Program-made: the position numbers and the translations under genes | IMG/VR virus record: IMGVR_UViG_3300048670_001253 | Span: 1,619 to 65,618 of that record | Direction: 5' to 3' (one strand) | Source: a virus | Lineage: Duplodnaviria; Caudoviricetes | Length of the DNA: 64,000 bases | The notes under the pieces: generated by a model | What the model saw: the letters and a program-made list of their open reading frames with translations, nothing else | The model's database searches: none | Told to the model about the DNA's origin: nothing | Shown: positions 9,039 through 19,026 of the stretch, piece by piece | Layout of the letters: the number at the start of each line of letters is the position of its first letter | Numbering within the stretch: position 1 is the first letter of the stretch

Positions 9039-11882
9039 ATGAAAAAAATAGCAGTTTCTCAATTTTATACAAAAAACCTTTCGTATGGGAAGTTTTCAGA
9101 AGAAATAAATAAAAAATATTGTGAAGAAAAGGGTTATATTTATCATGTTGAAAAAGATGATGAAAAAATAAAAGACTATATAGAAGATAGGGCTCATACT
9201 TGGGCCAAACCTAGACTAATACTAGATGTGATGGAGAAGTATGATTGCGATTATGTTTTATTCTTGGATATGGATGCAATTATCTCAGATCCATCAATAA
9301 GAATAGAAGAATTTATAGATGATAATTTTGACCTAATCGCAACAGAAGATTATAGCTCCCATAGTAAAATGAATGCAGGAGTTCTATTATTTAAAAATTC
9401 CGACTGGTCTAAAAATTTTATCAATGATTGGTGGGAAGCAGGCAATTACCTGAGAGGCCCGGACTGCCCAGCCTTGTCAGTAAATAGTGATCAAGAAGGT
9501 TATTTTAAGAACGGGCTTTGGCACGATCAAACATGTTTGACTGTTCTGTATGATAGAAGTTCCGTTGTTAGAAATAAAATTAAAATAATAACCAATAGAA
9601 GTTTAAACTGGCGTGAGTACAATGAAGGTAATTTTATTTTTCACGCTTTTGGTTACGGACACATTAGGTTTAGGAAAATAGATAAAATCTATTATGATCT
9701 TTTCAATATAAAGATAGATTCAAATAACAAGAGTTTGGTTGAAATATCCGAATTCTATGATACTGATAAGGAAGCGCACCATAAGTATGTTTCTAATTAT
9801 TACGAAGACTTGTTTACTCCCATAAAAGAAGATGTTAAGAGATTTTGTGAAATAGGAATAGCCGATGGTGGTTCTCTTAAGATGTGGAGAGATTTTTTTA
9901 AGAACGCTGAAATTATTGGATGTGATATAAATCTAATAGATATGAATAATCAAGAAAGGATAAGCTTAGTTAAGCTAGATCAAAGCAACGAAGAAGCTCT
10001 TGATAAGTTTGCTTCAACACAAGATTATTTTGATATTATTTTAGATGATGCGTCCCATAGGATGAAAGATCAACAGATAACTTTTGCAAAACTTTTTAAG
10101 AAATTAAGGCCGGGTGGATTGTTTATTATAGAAGACCTCCATACTAGCACTGAGGCAAAAATGCCTGAAAAGCAAGTGTTTAATTGGGGAGATCCCAACA
10201 ACACCACACTAGATATGCTCCGGAATTTAATATCGAATAAAAAAATAAAGTCGGATTATATTTCTGATTCTGATAAAGAATATCTTGAAAATAATATTGA
10301 ATATTGCAAGGTGTTGGTAGAACCAGGAAAAGAGGCAACCAGCGTTACATCTGTTATTAAGAAAAAAGTTAATTGTGAAATTGAGCACCAAGAAGTTAAT
10401 AGTCTAAAAATAAATTCTCTAAAGAAGGCTATGTATGGTGACAAAGACGTAACAGAGATAATTAACAAAAAATTTATTGATGGAGACTCATCATTAATTG
10501 TTAGTAAGAATCTTTTTGATAAGACGTTCTTAGAAATTACATATTCTGACGGTGAGACTGTGACCTACCCAGAAGGTAAAAAATTAGTGTTTGAAAAAAC
10601 TGCACAAGGTGTAATACAGAATAAACAGGATTCTGTGAAATTAATGTTGGATTTTGATAAAATAGAAAATGTAGAAAAAGCAATATATGGCGGCAAAGAT
10701 GTGACTGATATAATAAATGAAAGAATAAAAAGAGGAGACTTTTTCTTAAGAGTGCACAATGACACCTTCGGTGATCCAGATCCAGGAGTTTTTAAACATC
10801 TAGACATAACATGCAACGGTCAAACTTCAACAATACCTGAAAATGAAATGTTGATTTTCAACAAGGACATGACAGAAGATGATAACGAAAAAGAAAAAAC
10901 TATAGTTGCTGTCATATTTTGCTATGCCATAAATGATTGGAAAGAACGTCTGGAAGGCAGGATTAACAGAATGATTAAATCCGGCCTCTATGAGGAATCT
11001 AATGAAATTTATCTTGTAATTGTAGACACAAATAATCAAGAAAATGACATTAATGAATTAATGTCATTTTATAAGAAAATTATTGTTGAAAGGCATACCG
11101 ACAATCAGCCTGAATGCAAAGGTATGCAAAAAATTGATCAAATAGGTAAAACAAGAAAAAATGTAAATCTTTTCTATTGTCATATAAAAGGAGTGTTCAA
11201 TAATTTCAAAAACTTTAATACTAAGGAAATCTCTGACCGAAAAGTTAAAAGTGTTAAAGATTGGATAGAATCTCTTGATTATTTTACCATCGACAAGTGG
11301 AGAGAATGTGTTCTTAAACTAAATGAGGGCTACGACACAGTGGGCGTTACCAATAACGGAGGATGGTGGTGGGGGAATTTTTGGTGGTCCAAATCATCAC
11401 ACATTAAAAAGAATGTCGAATATGTCTGTCGTGATAGGTGGTATGCGGAGGCCTGGCTTCACGATGGCAATATAAATCCAAGTGGAATTAAAAAATATGA
11501 AATGTTTCATTATGAATTAGACCCTCAAGGTTCTGATTTTCCAAAATTTCTATATGATGGATCTTACTCATTTGATGGCAAAAAAATAGAGATTGTTTCT
11601 GCTTTTTTTGGACATGATGGTGTTCAAAGAGATGAAGCTCAACACTGCGGTCCCGAGAATCTGATAGATGTGACAGATAAAATAAAAACCATGATAGAGA
11701 ATCATGGAGAAATAAATTTTATCGCAGATGATCAAAATCTTTCAGTTTCCGATCCTTCAATAACATCTTTGGGAACTACCAATAAATGTTTAATACTAAA
11801 CTATAAATTATCCGATATGCCAGATAAAATCTTTAGATTGAAAACTTTTTCTGGTTGGCGTACTAGGCTACCTTTAACATGA
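9039..11882 (+). CDS. multidomain glycan-modifying protein: GT34 (GMA12/MNN10)-like + class I SAM methyltransferase + repeated lectin-like domains
   Basis: LFLDMDA, MNAGVLL, WHDQ (GT34-like); EIGIADGGSL, IILDDASH, GGLFIIED (methyltransferase); repeated A.YG..DVT.II units. Confidence 0.75.
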   Translation: MKKIAVSQFYTKNLSYGKFSEEINKKYCEEKGYIYHVEKDDEKIKDYIEDRAHTWAKPRLILDVMEKYDCDYVLFLDMDAIISDPSIRIEEFIDDNFDLIATEDYSSHSKMNAGVLLFKNSDWSKNFINDWWEAGNYLRGPDCPALSVNSDQEGYFKNGLWHDQTCLTVLYDRSSVVRNKIKIITNRSLNWREYNEGNFIFHAFGYGHIRFRKIDKIYYDLFNIKIDSNNKSLVEISEFYDTDKEAHHKYVSNYYEDLFTPIKEDVKRFCEIGIADGGSLKMWRDFFKNAEIIGCDINLIDMNNQERISLVKLDQSNEEALDKFASTQDYFDIILDDASHRMKDQQITFAKLFKKLRPGGLFIIEDLHTSTEAKMPEKQVFNWGDPNNTTLDMLRNLISNKKIKSDYISDSDKEYLENNIEYCKVLVEPGKEATSVTSVIKKKVNCEIEHQEVNSLKINSLKKAMYGDKDVTEIINKKFIDGDSSLIVSKNLFDKTFLEITYSDGETVTYPEGKKLVFEKTAQGVIQNKQDSVKLMLDFDKIENVEKAIYGGKDVTDIINERIKRGDFFLRVHNDTFGDPDPGVFKHLDITCNGQTSTIPENEMLIFNKDMTEDDNEKEKTIVAVIFCYAINDWKERLEGRINRMIKSGLYEESNEIYLVIVDTNNQENDINELMSFYKKIIVERHTDNQPECKGMQKIDQIGKTRKNVNLFYCHIKGVFNNFKNFNTKEISDRKVKSVKDWIESLDYFTIDKWRECVLKLNEGYDTVGVTNNGGWWWGNFWWSKSSHIKKNVEYVCRDRWYAEAWLHDGNINPSGIKKYEMFHYELDPQGSDFPKFLYDGSYSFDGKKIEIVSAFFGHDGVQRDEAQHCGPENLIDVTDKIKTMIENHGEINFIADDQNLSVSDPSITSLGTTNKCLILNYKLSDMPDKIFRLKTFSGWRTRLPLT

Positions 11883-11896
11883 AATAAGGACAAACA

Positions 11897-12538
11897 ATGT
11901 ATTTAAAAACACCGTATAAAATATTTTACGATATTGAAAAATTCCCTTTTAGAGAAATTATTAAAAATATTTTTTCTGTTGATGTCTTAGAAAAATTACA
12001 TACTATAAAAAACTATGATCTTTTGGAAAGAGAAAAAGATCAATCTACAATTTGGCACAAAAAATATTATGAAAGTTTTGAAAATGAGTTCAAAACTAAT
12101 TATTTAAGCCTTATTGAGTATATCAAGAAGTGTTTTGGTTACGACGAGTTAGTATACCAGAAAATCCCAACATTTAGAGTTCAGCTAGGAAATGGAAATG
12201 TTGCCGTAGGAGAATGGCATAAAGATAAGTCTTACAATCACGGAACTGAGGAAGTTAATTTTTGGATGCCGTTTACGAACACCAATAAACATAATTCCAT
12301 TTGGATAGAAAGCGAAGAAGATAAAGGAGACTATCGACCATATGAAGTTAAATATGGAGAAATACTAGTCTTTAATGGAGCTAACCTCAAGCATGGTAAC
12401 CAAAAGAATCAAAGTGATGATACGAGAGTTTCGGTAGACTTCAGACTAGTTGATCCGAAAAAATTTGTACCCAATTCCGCTGGTTCGATAAACATGGACA
12501 CCAAATTTGATATCGGTGGTTATTTCGAAAAAACATAA
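11897..12538 (+). CDS. 2OG-Fe(II) oxygenase-fold protein (StrG-like)
   Basis: WHKD, NFWMP, LKHGN, TRVSVDFR (HxD...H...R pattern). Confidence 0.7.
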   Translation: MYLKTPYKIFYDIEKFPFREIIKNIFSVDVLEKLHTIKNYDLLEREKDQSTIWHKKYYESFENEFKTNYLSLIEYIKKCFGYDELVYQKIPTFRVQLGNGNVAVGEWHKDKSYNHGTEEVNFWMPFTNTNKHNSIWIESEEDKGDYRPYEVKYGEILVFNGANLKHGNQKNQSDDTRVSVDFRLVDPKKFVPNSAGSINMDTKFDIGGYFEKT

Positions 12539-12543
12539 TTAAC

Positions 12544-13485
12544 ATGAAATTAAAAATTTATAACGTACATTCCAAAAAGACAATAGGATACAGATATTAC
12601 TCCTTGTTTTGGGAGAGCTTCATAGAAGAGCTAAGCAAAAAATATGAGGTGGAAAGAGTAGGGTTTGAAGTTAGCGAACCATACAAATTCAACATTAAGA
12701 CCTCTGTTCAAGATGAACCAATGTATCTTTACGAGAGCGATTGTCTAGTTGAAAACTTGGAAACAGATGAATTTCACATCATGTCTGTAAATGATATATT
12801 GCATCATAATTTATTAATGGAGAAGTCTAATCCCAAACTAAAATCAGTTTTCTTTTCACAATTCATCAGAAAACATTTTATATCAAATGTTGGCCAAGAG
12901 TTTATGTATAAATATCATCCTTGGATATACTTTCCTTTTAACACAACTAATCTAGAACAATTTTATTACAAGAGAAAAACGTGTAAAAATTCCTTAAAAA
13001 ATAAAATGTTTTTCAAAGGAATTACCGAGGATAGACCTATCATATATTTTTTTAACAAACAATTACTTGAGTTTGAGAAAAATTTATGCTCCTCAGAAAA
13101 TTATTTTGAGAATTTAATAGAACATAAAATTGCTCTTTCAATAGGAGGAAGAGGAGAGAAGTGTTACCGTGACATAGAGTGTATGGCTATTGGTGTACCA
13201 ATTTTACGATTCGAATACCAGAGCGAGTTTAATCCAGAACTAATTCCAAACTATCACTATATCTCTGTTCCTTTGCCAAAAAACTATCCAAAAAATTCCA
13301 TGAATATCGAATGCGATAGGTTGGGTTATAAAGAGCACGCAGAGATACTTGAAAAAAGATTTTTAGAAGTTGTTGACGACGTAGAATTTTTAGAATTTAT
13401 AGCAAGTAACGCAAGAGATTATTACAACAATTATTTGTCTCATGGAAATAACGTTAAATATGCAATTAAATTATTAGGGCTTTAA
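12544..13485 (+). CDS. putative GT-B-fold glycosyltransferase
   Basis: FFKG, LSIGGRGEKCYRDIECMAIGVPIL nucleotide-sugar-binding-like C-terminal region; lies in the glyco cluster. Confidence 0.55.
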   Translation: MKLKIYNVHSKKTIGYRYYSLFWESFIEELSKKYEVERVGFEVSEPYKFNIKTSVQDEPMYLYESDCLVENLETDEFHIMSVNDILHHNLLMEKSNPKLKSVFFSQFIRKHFISNVGQEFMYKYHPWIYFPFNTTNLEQFYYKRKTCKNSLKNKMFFKGITEDRPIIYFFNKQLLEFEKNLCSSENYFENLIEHKIALSIGGRGEKCYRDIECMAIGVPILRFEYQSEFNPELIPNYHYISVPLPKNYPKNSMNIECDRLGYKEHAEILEKRFLEVVDDVEFLEFIASNARDYYNNYLSHGNNVKYAIKLLGL

Positions 13486-13504
13486 AAACACTGAAGGGTT
13501 TAAC

Positions 13505-14314
13505 TTGAAAATTTTATTTACAACAGTTTGTGTCAAAAACATACCAGAAGATCAACTAAATTTACTTATAGATTCTGCCAAGAAACATTTTTTGAAAGAA
13601 CATCAGGTAGATTTTGTTGTTTTCACAGACCTAGATAAACATCCTAATATCCAAGATGTCAATTTTGTTAAAATAGATAATTCTCAATCTGAATCATTGA
13701 ACTACTATCAGTTTCAAAAAGCACTAAGTCTAAATTATTGCAACCTAGATAATTATGACTATATCTTCGTTAATGACTCAGATCAAATGTACATAAACCC
13801 AGTAATAGATGATGACTTGATTTCAAACCAATTAGTTATATTAAACCACTTTCACCCTGGTTGTAAAACAAAAAACAATCTCGATCATCATTGGTCTAAT
13901 GTTATTAAGATAGAAGATCCTGAAATTGAACATACAATGGGTAATTTTTTTGGTGGACCAAGAGAAATTATTAAAGATTTTTTAAACTTTTGTAATGAGA
14001 TTTGGAAAAATCATAAAAATGATATTTTTCCACCTGCTAACTTTTTTTCAATGTACCCAGAAGAATGTTTACTAATAAAGTTTATTTCTGACAATAACAT
14101 GAAAGAAAAAAGAATGAAATCCAAGGAGTGTTTTGAGAAATCATTTTTAACAAATGTTAACGCTTGTATTCAAAATATACTTGAAATAGAAGAAAAAGAC
14201 TTTGATAAAGTTTTAAGCGAGGCGGCTCCAAAGTTCAAAGAAAACTTTAAATTGGTTCATAATACAAAATGCGCTATGAAACTGTGCAGAAAATTATTTG
14301 AAATTACACAATAA
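13505..14314 (+). CDS. GT6-like glycosyltransferase
   Basis: FVVFTD, YIFVNDSD, GNFFGG, EE..L motifs; TTG start. Confidence 0.6.
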   Translation: MKILFTTVCVKNIPEDQLNLLIDSAKKHFLKEHQVDFVVFTDLDKHPNIQDVNFVKIDNSQSESLNYYQFQKALSLNYCNLDNYDYIFVNDSDQMYINPVIDDDLISNQLVILNHFHPGCKTKNNLDHHWSNVIKIEDPEIEHTMGNFFGGPREIIKDFLNFCNEIWKNHKNDIFPPANFFSMYPEECLLIKFISDNNMKEKRMKSKECFEKSFLTNVNACIQNILEIEEKDFDKVLSEAAPKFKENFKLVHNTKCAMKLCRKLFEITQ

Positions 14315-14347
14315 TTTTTTATTCAAATTCTGCATATATAAGTTATT

Positions 14348-14668
14348 ATGAACTTCTATAAACTAAACAAACTGATGAATGAAATGGCACCTCCCGCTGT
14401 GGGCCTACAGCAGCCAATGACAGCCAATGCAGCCAATGACGTAGCTCCTGGTCAAAACACACAACAGCAGCAACCTGATGCAAACCTGAAGCAGGACATG
14501 AAGAAAAATCTTGCCAAGATCTCCACCAGTCTTGGCGAAAAGGGTAACAAGTACCAAAAGCTGATTCAGTTTGTGGGAAGAAATCCTGAGATGCTCACTC
14601 TTCTTGATGAGTTATTGGGAGATGTTGGCGATATGAGAGGCACGACCTTTCAAGCCAAATACAACTAA
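14348..14668 (+). CDS. hypothetical protein
   Basis: ATG follows CATATATAAGTTATT. Confidence 0.65.
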   Translation: MNFYKLNKLMNEMAPPAVGLQQPMTANAANDVAPGQNTQQQQPDANLKQDMKKNLAKISTSLGEKGNKYQKLIQFVGRNPEMLTLLDELLGDVGDMRGTTFQAKYN

Positions 14669-15114
14669 TCCCCGAATACAGCGCACCAATAGATATTTCC
14701 TTCTATTGAAAAATATCCAAATCCCACGTGTTTATAATCTGATGAAAGAATGTTGGATCTATGTCCATATGATTTCATCCAAGATTTAACCACCTCTTCT
14801 GGTGTCTTTTGGCCGTAGGCGATATTTTCAGCACAGGCTCCATAATCTTTTAATAAAACTGATATGTTAGAATGTCTTAAGGAATTATTATTTGCCATAT
14901 ACTCAGCATGATTTTGAGCATACTTATTCAAATCTCTATCTAGCTCCAGTGATTGTATGCTTCGACTGTTTCTTTCGAAATTATGCAGCTTAAGCAACAT
15001 AATATTCACAGAAGCCTTCTGAGACTTTTGTTGCACTTCCGGTCTCTTTTCCGGTAAGTTTATTTGTCTATAACATCCTGTTAATAGACAAAGAAATAAT
15101 AGCATTTTCTTCAT
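14665..15114 (-). CDS. CAP/SCP-domain lipoprotein
   Basis: lipobox LLTGC; AQNHAEYM, AENIAYG, WMKSYGHRSNIL, VGFG, YWCAVF. Confidence 0.9.
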   Translation of the reverse strand: MKKMLLFLCLLTGCYRQINLPEKRPEVQQKSQKASVNIMLLKLHNFERNSRSIQSLELDRDLNKYAQNHAEYMANNNSLRHSNISVLLKDYGACAENIAYGQKTPEEVVKSWMKSYGHRSNILSSDYKHVGFGYFSIEGNIYWCAVFGD

Positions 15115-15173
15115 TTTTGCCTCCTTGCAAGCATGAAATCGATCTATAGTTATCTATGCAACAAAGAGTTGCT

Positions 15174-15617
15174 TTATTTTTTTATGTGCTGTATACTCCA
15201 GATACCACCTTCACCTGAATCTGGGACAAAATCTTTATTTTTTGTATAAGAAGGTTTGCCTGGTATGTTTTTAATACTCCAGGGTTCACCTTCCCCATAC
15301 TTTGCAGAAAATCCATCTTTATTGCTTTTTGGTGGGCTAGATTCGCCTTTTATTTTCTTTATATCCCACAAACCAGACTCGCCAGCATTTAATTTTGTAT
15401 TTGATTTGCCTGGAATGTGTGTTATATCAAAAGACGTTTTATCTGTTGAGTTATAGATTCTATCGTCAACAGATAGGTAGAATATAGAATCAGCACTTCT
15501 CGTTAGATACCACTGAGGGGGATACAATCCTATACCACCGTATCCCAATGGGTATAATCCCGTTTTACTACCGGGATTTGAGCCTTCTTCGATGAGCCAG
15601 TCTTTAAAATTTAGCAT
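15174..15617 (-). CDS. hypothetical protein with four internal repeats
   Basis: repeats FDITHIPGK / WDIKKIKGE / WSIKNIPGK / WSIQHIKK; N-terminus MLNFKDWLIEE. Confidence 0.7.
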   Translation of the reverse strand: MLNFKDWLIEEGSNPGSKTGLYPLGYGGIGLYPPQWYLTRSADSIFYLSVDDRIYNSTDKTSFDITHIPGKSNTKLNAGESGLWDIKKIKGESSPPKSNKDGFSAKYGEGEPWSIKNIPGKPSYTKNKDFVPDSGEGGIWSIQHIKK

Positions 15618-15621
15618 ATAG

Positions 15622-15972
15622 TTATCTATAAATCTTGTTTAGTTTTTCCCGCCAGTTTTTAGCATCTTCTAATACATTTGGATTGAATCTAACCCAGTTT
15701 TTAAGATGCCCAAAAAATAGGTGACAATTGAATGATGGAGTTTCGCACAAAACTACAAAATTATCTTTCTCCAGCTCTTTTGTCGGATCTACATGAACCG
15801 GGACTATATGATGTACAACTAGGTTCTTCTTGGACCCACAAACAGCACATTCGCTATTAGATCCTAGGTAATTTTTTCTTACTGTTCTCCATCTTCCTGA
15901 TCTTGGTATAGATAAAGCTTGGATCTCTTCTTTTGATAATTTGAAAAATATACTTTTGATAAAGTTAAACAT
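15622..15972 (-). CDS. HNH endonuclease
   Basis: CAVCG...VHHIVP...N...LCE....NCH. Confidence 0.85.
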   Translation of the reverse strand: MFNFIKSIFFKLSKEEIQALSIPRSGRWRTVRKNYLGSNSECAVCGSKKNLVVHHIVPVHVDPTKELEKDNFVVLCETPSFNCHLFFGHLKNWVRFNPNVLEDAKNWREKLNKIYR

Positions 15973-15992
15973 CTACTAATATATAGTATATT
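15973..15992. promoter_or_regulatory. TATATA-box putative late promoter shared by divergent genes (representative of a class)
   Basis: CTAATATATAG lies between back-to-back ATGs (15972 -, 15993 +); similar TATATA/TAAATA boxes lie just upstream of ATGs at 3794, 14348, 19027, 38720, 47505 and 55294; analogous to the T4 late TATAAATA box. Confidence 0.55.
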
Positions 15993-16805
15993 ATGAGTTT
16001 TAAACTTTGGCTTATCGAATCTAGTCTCAGGGACTTACTAAAAGATGTTCCTCAAAATCCTGATCACCACGCTGAGGGCGATGTTTTTAAACATACCAAG
16101 ATGGTTAGAAACTCACTCGATATAGCAAAAAGATTGCTTAAAAAAGAGCAAGGAATGTTTCCTTTTTCAAAAATAAACTTTGATCTATCTGATAGAGAAG
16201 AAAAAATACTCAAAATATCTGCTTGGCTTCATGATATAGGAAAGGCAAGCGCTACAACCGTTGACGGCGTGCACTGGAAGGATGCCCTCAGCCATTCGGG
16301 TAAGATATCAGCTCATCAACACGATCAACCACACCATTATGAGCCAATGATAGATAAACTTGGCTCAATGTGGGGCACTATAATCTCGGCGCTAACCCCA
16401 GATGAAATACAAGATATATATTTTTGTATTGATTATCATATGAGTCTTAGTAATGGATCTTTTTCCAAGAAAGTATCTTCTATTATTTTTGATCAAGATG
16501 GAAATTATAAGAATGAAAGAAAGATCAAGCTTCTTCTTTATATTATAACAATGGATTGGGCCGGTAGAATATCAGGAAACAAAGGTGGAGAAAATGGCGC
16601 CCTTGATGCAATCCAAGGATTTAAAAATTCAGCACATAAATTATTAGAAAAAAATAAAGCTATCGACAGCAGAAAAAAGGTTTCTATAGATGATCCAAAA
16701 GAATTTATTTTATCTTTAAAAGGTCGTCCAATAGAAATTATTAAAAAGGCTTTTCAGAACAAATTTAACAGAGAAATCTCAGAAGAAGAGATTTCTTCTA
16801 TTTGA
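15993..16805 (+). CDS. stand-alone HD-domain phosphohydrolase of the type fused to multifunctional CCA enzymes
   Basis: PQNPDHHAEGDVFKHT, AWLHDIGK, YHM, MDWAGR. Confidence 0.85.
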   Translation: MSFKLWLIESSLRDLLKDVPQNPDHHAEGDVFKHTKMVRNSLDIAKRLLKKEQGMFPFSKINFDLSDREEKILKISAWLHDIGKASATTVDGVHWKDALSHSGKISAHQHDQPHHYEPMIDKLGSMWGTIISALTPDEIQDIYFCIDYHMSLSNGSFSKKVSSIIFDQDGNYKNERKIKLLLYIITMDWAGRISGNKGGENGALDAIQGFKNSAHKLLEKNKAIDSRKKVSIDDPKEFILSLKGRPIEIIKKAFQNKFNREISEEEISSI

Positions 16806-16838
16806 TTTTTGATTTTTTTTGTAATATAATGATCTATT

Positions 16839-17270
16839 ATGTTACAAGAAATTAAATACTCTTGGCAGGACTTTGACTCAGACATGAGGATATTGTCCGG
16901 TAAGGTTTCCGAATCTGGTAAAATTCCTGATTTTATAATTGGAATCAAAAGAGGAGGATTATTGCCTTCTGTTAAATTCAGTCATATACTCTCTGTTCCT
17001 TTAAGAGTTGCGACAATTTACAAAGATAATATAAACATAGAATTAGAGGATGTATCTAAATCTTCTAACATTCTTTTAGTTGATGAAATTTGCGATAGTG
17101 GCGACACCCTTCAAAAAATGAGGTCGTATCTACTACACGAAGGTTTTGCAAATATACGATCGGCATGTTTGTATTATAATATAAGACAATCTTTCTTAGT
17201 GGATTATAGTGCCAGAAAAATAGATCGAGAGAAAGAGAATGGATGGATAGTTTTCCCTTGGGAAAACTAA
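16839..17270 (+). CDS. type I phosphoribosyltransferase (Gpt/Hpt-like)
   Basis: IGIKRGGL, LLVDEICDSGDTL PRPP-binding loop, WIVFPWE C-terminus. Confidence 0.9.
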   Translation: MLQEIKYSWQDFDSDMRILSGKVSESGKIPDFIIGIKRGGLLPSVKFSHILSVPLRVATIYKDNINIELEDVSKSSNILLVDEICDSGDTLQKMRSYLLHEGFANIRSACLYYNIRQSFLVDYSARKIDREKENGWIVFPWEN

Positions 17271-17282
17271 CCCACAAGTTTC

Positions 17283-17296
17283 TTTCTGGTACGGTT
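17283..17296 (+). promoter_or_regulatory. isolated copy of the early promoter motif
   Basis: TTTCTGGTACGGTT, matching the 48-62 kb consensus. Confidence 0.6.
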
Positions 17297-17365
17297 GAAA
17301 GTAGGACCTTTGTCGTGTAGCATTGTCTACCAAGGCCAAAATACTTTCATCCCGGATCCAATATC

Positions 17366-17905
17366 ATGAACAGTCTCGAATCATTTGACTTCGATATCAG
17401 TGATTATAAGGTTAAGAATAATTCACCTGAGCCCAAGAAAAACAAAAGAAAATGTTATCCATTGTATAAAAACTACAGCAATGGAAGTGAAAAATATTAC
17501 AAGAGAATAGTGGATGAAGATCCGGTGTGGGATGGAACGAGAATCCTCTTCATCAGCGATGTTGGCTCTTATCTTTCGGGCATAATCAAACACCCTTTGT
17601 TGAAAAAATTTCAAAAGATAGATTGCACGATTTTAGAGTGTAAAAATAAGTATAAGCTTCGGGAAGACTTTCTCAAATTTGAGCCCGATATTGTGGTGGC
17701 AGTCGGAAAGTCTGCACCTCTTGCTCTTAAAATCAATGACAACATGCCTGTTGTATTGGTGGATCCTGAAGATTTCTTTGTTGGAGAAGAACGCAAAGCA
17801 ATCATACTGAATTCCAAAAGAGATATATATGATCAATTAAGAGATATTATTAGTTTTGTTGAAACTGATGTATCTCCGGACAAATATCCTCTTTATGCTT
17901 TCTAA
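17366..17905 (+). CDS. hypothetical protein
   Basis: 179-aa ORF downstream of the motif copy. Confidence 0.6.
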   Translation: MNSLESFDFDISDYKVKNNSPEPKKNKRKCYPLYKNYSNGSEKYYKRIVDEDPVWDGTRILFISDVGSYLSGIIKHPLLKKFQKIDCTILECKNKYKLREDFLKFEPDIVVAVGKSAPLALKINDNMPVVLVDPEDFFVGEERKAIILNSKRDIYDQLRDIISFVETDVSPDKYPLYAF

Positions 17906-18983
17906 TTAAGATCCATTTATTTCTATTAGTTTCTATTAGCTCTATATTCTCTTTGATGTTTTCTGCAATCTCAGAGTATGGAAAGATATCAAATATATCT
18001 TTCCTATAAGAATCAGAGTCGGGTATATAGGCAACCCCATTTTCTTTTAAGCAATTTATATGTTCTATAAAGATCTCCTTTTCAGTTGGATTCGTTAGAT
18101 TATATTCAAAACGATAGAACATAAGCCTAAATAATGACTCTTTTCCAAATGCACAGTGCTGCCTATAGTGATAAAGGGATCTCGACGGTCCCATGTAATA
18201 CTCCCAGTTATAAATATCTTTATCAAAAGAATACCAATATGGTGTTCCTTTCCCGTTCTCCCACCACCAAGATCTAACAGAAGATGTTTTATTATAATCA
18301 GCAGGGCTGTCGATTACAATTTTTCTGTCAATTGGGTTCCCTCCATAATAATAATCAAGTATGTTATCTACAAAATATTGTCTTTTGCCATTTGTATAAT
18401 GAATTGAAAATATTTTCTCTCCTGGAACATATTGAATTGATAGTGAATTTGTAACTTTTGTTCTAAATCTGGATAAAAAGGTAAAAAGAGCTCGGTCCTC
18501 TAGGGTCAAATTAGCAGAATTTTCAAAATTGATGAGTTCTTCGCACACTTTTTTCGACATAAGCACACCGCCACCACCCCCAAATCCTCTTAACGCATCA
18601 TATCCATTAATTTCTTTCATTAAATCTTCTAATACATAGTGGTTTAAATAAGATCCATCATCTGTCCTGAATACATAGTCAAATTCTTCGTTACTTAGCG
18701 CCCATCTGACGGCCTCCTTTAATCTCTCTATCATGAAAGATTTAAAGCCTGTGTTTGGGTAGTCGTAAGATTCATTTGATAATAAATGTAAAATCTTATT
18801 ATCATCGTCATAAGACAATTCTTTGTTGCTTCCATCAAAGAATATCACTTTGTGTCCCAAAGACTCTATTTTAGGCACCCAGGTCTCCATACAAGACATT
18901 TTTCTTGTCAAAGCGGGATTTTCTATTTTGATTCCGCTACTGTCGTAATATTTGCTTGTATAGGCTAAAAAAAGTATTTTCAT
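17850..18983 (-). CDS. GT31/galactosyltransferase-like glycosyltransferase
   Basis: TW.P, FDYVFRTDDGSY, GGGGVLMS, ED motifs. Confidence 0.7.
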   Translation of the reverse strand: MKILFLAYTSKYYDSSGIKIENPALTRKMSCMETWVPKIESLGHKVIFFDGSNKELSYDDDNKILHLLSNESYDYPNTGFKSFMIERLKEAVRWALSNEEFDYVFRTDDGSYLNHYVLEDLMKEINGYDALRGFGGGGGVLMSKKVCEELINFENSANLTLEDRALFTFLSRFRTKVTNSLSIQYVPGEKIFSIHYTNGKRQYFVDNILDYYYGGNPIDRKIVIDSPADYNKTSSVRSWWWENGKGTPYWYSFDKDIYNWEYYMGPSRSLYHYRQHCAFGKESLFRLMFYRFEYNLTNPTEKEIFIEHINCLKENGVAYIPDSDSYRKDIFDIFPYSEIAENIKENIELIETNRNKWILIRKHKEDICPEIHQFQQN

Positions 18984-19026
18984 CTAATAACATAGTAATT
19001 TTAGACGAAAACAATATATATCCTTA

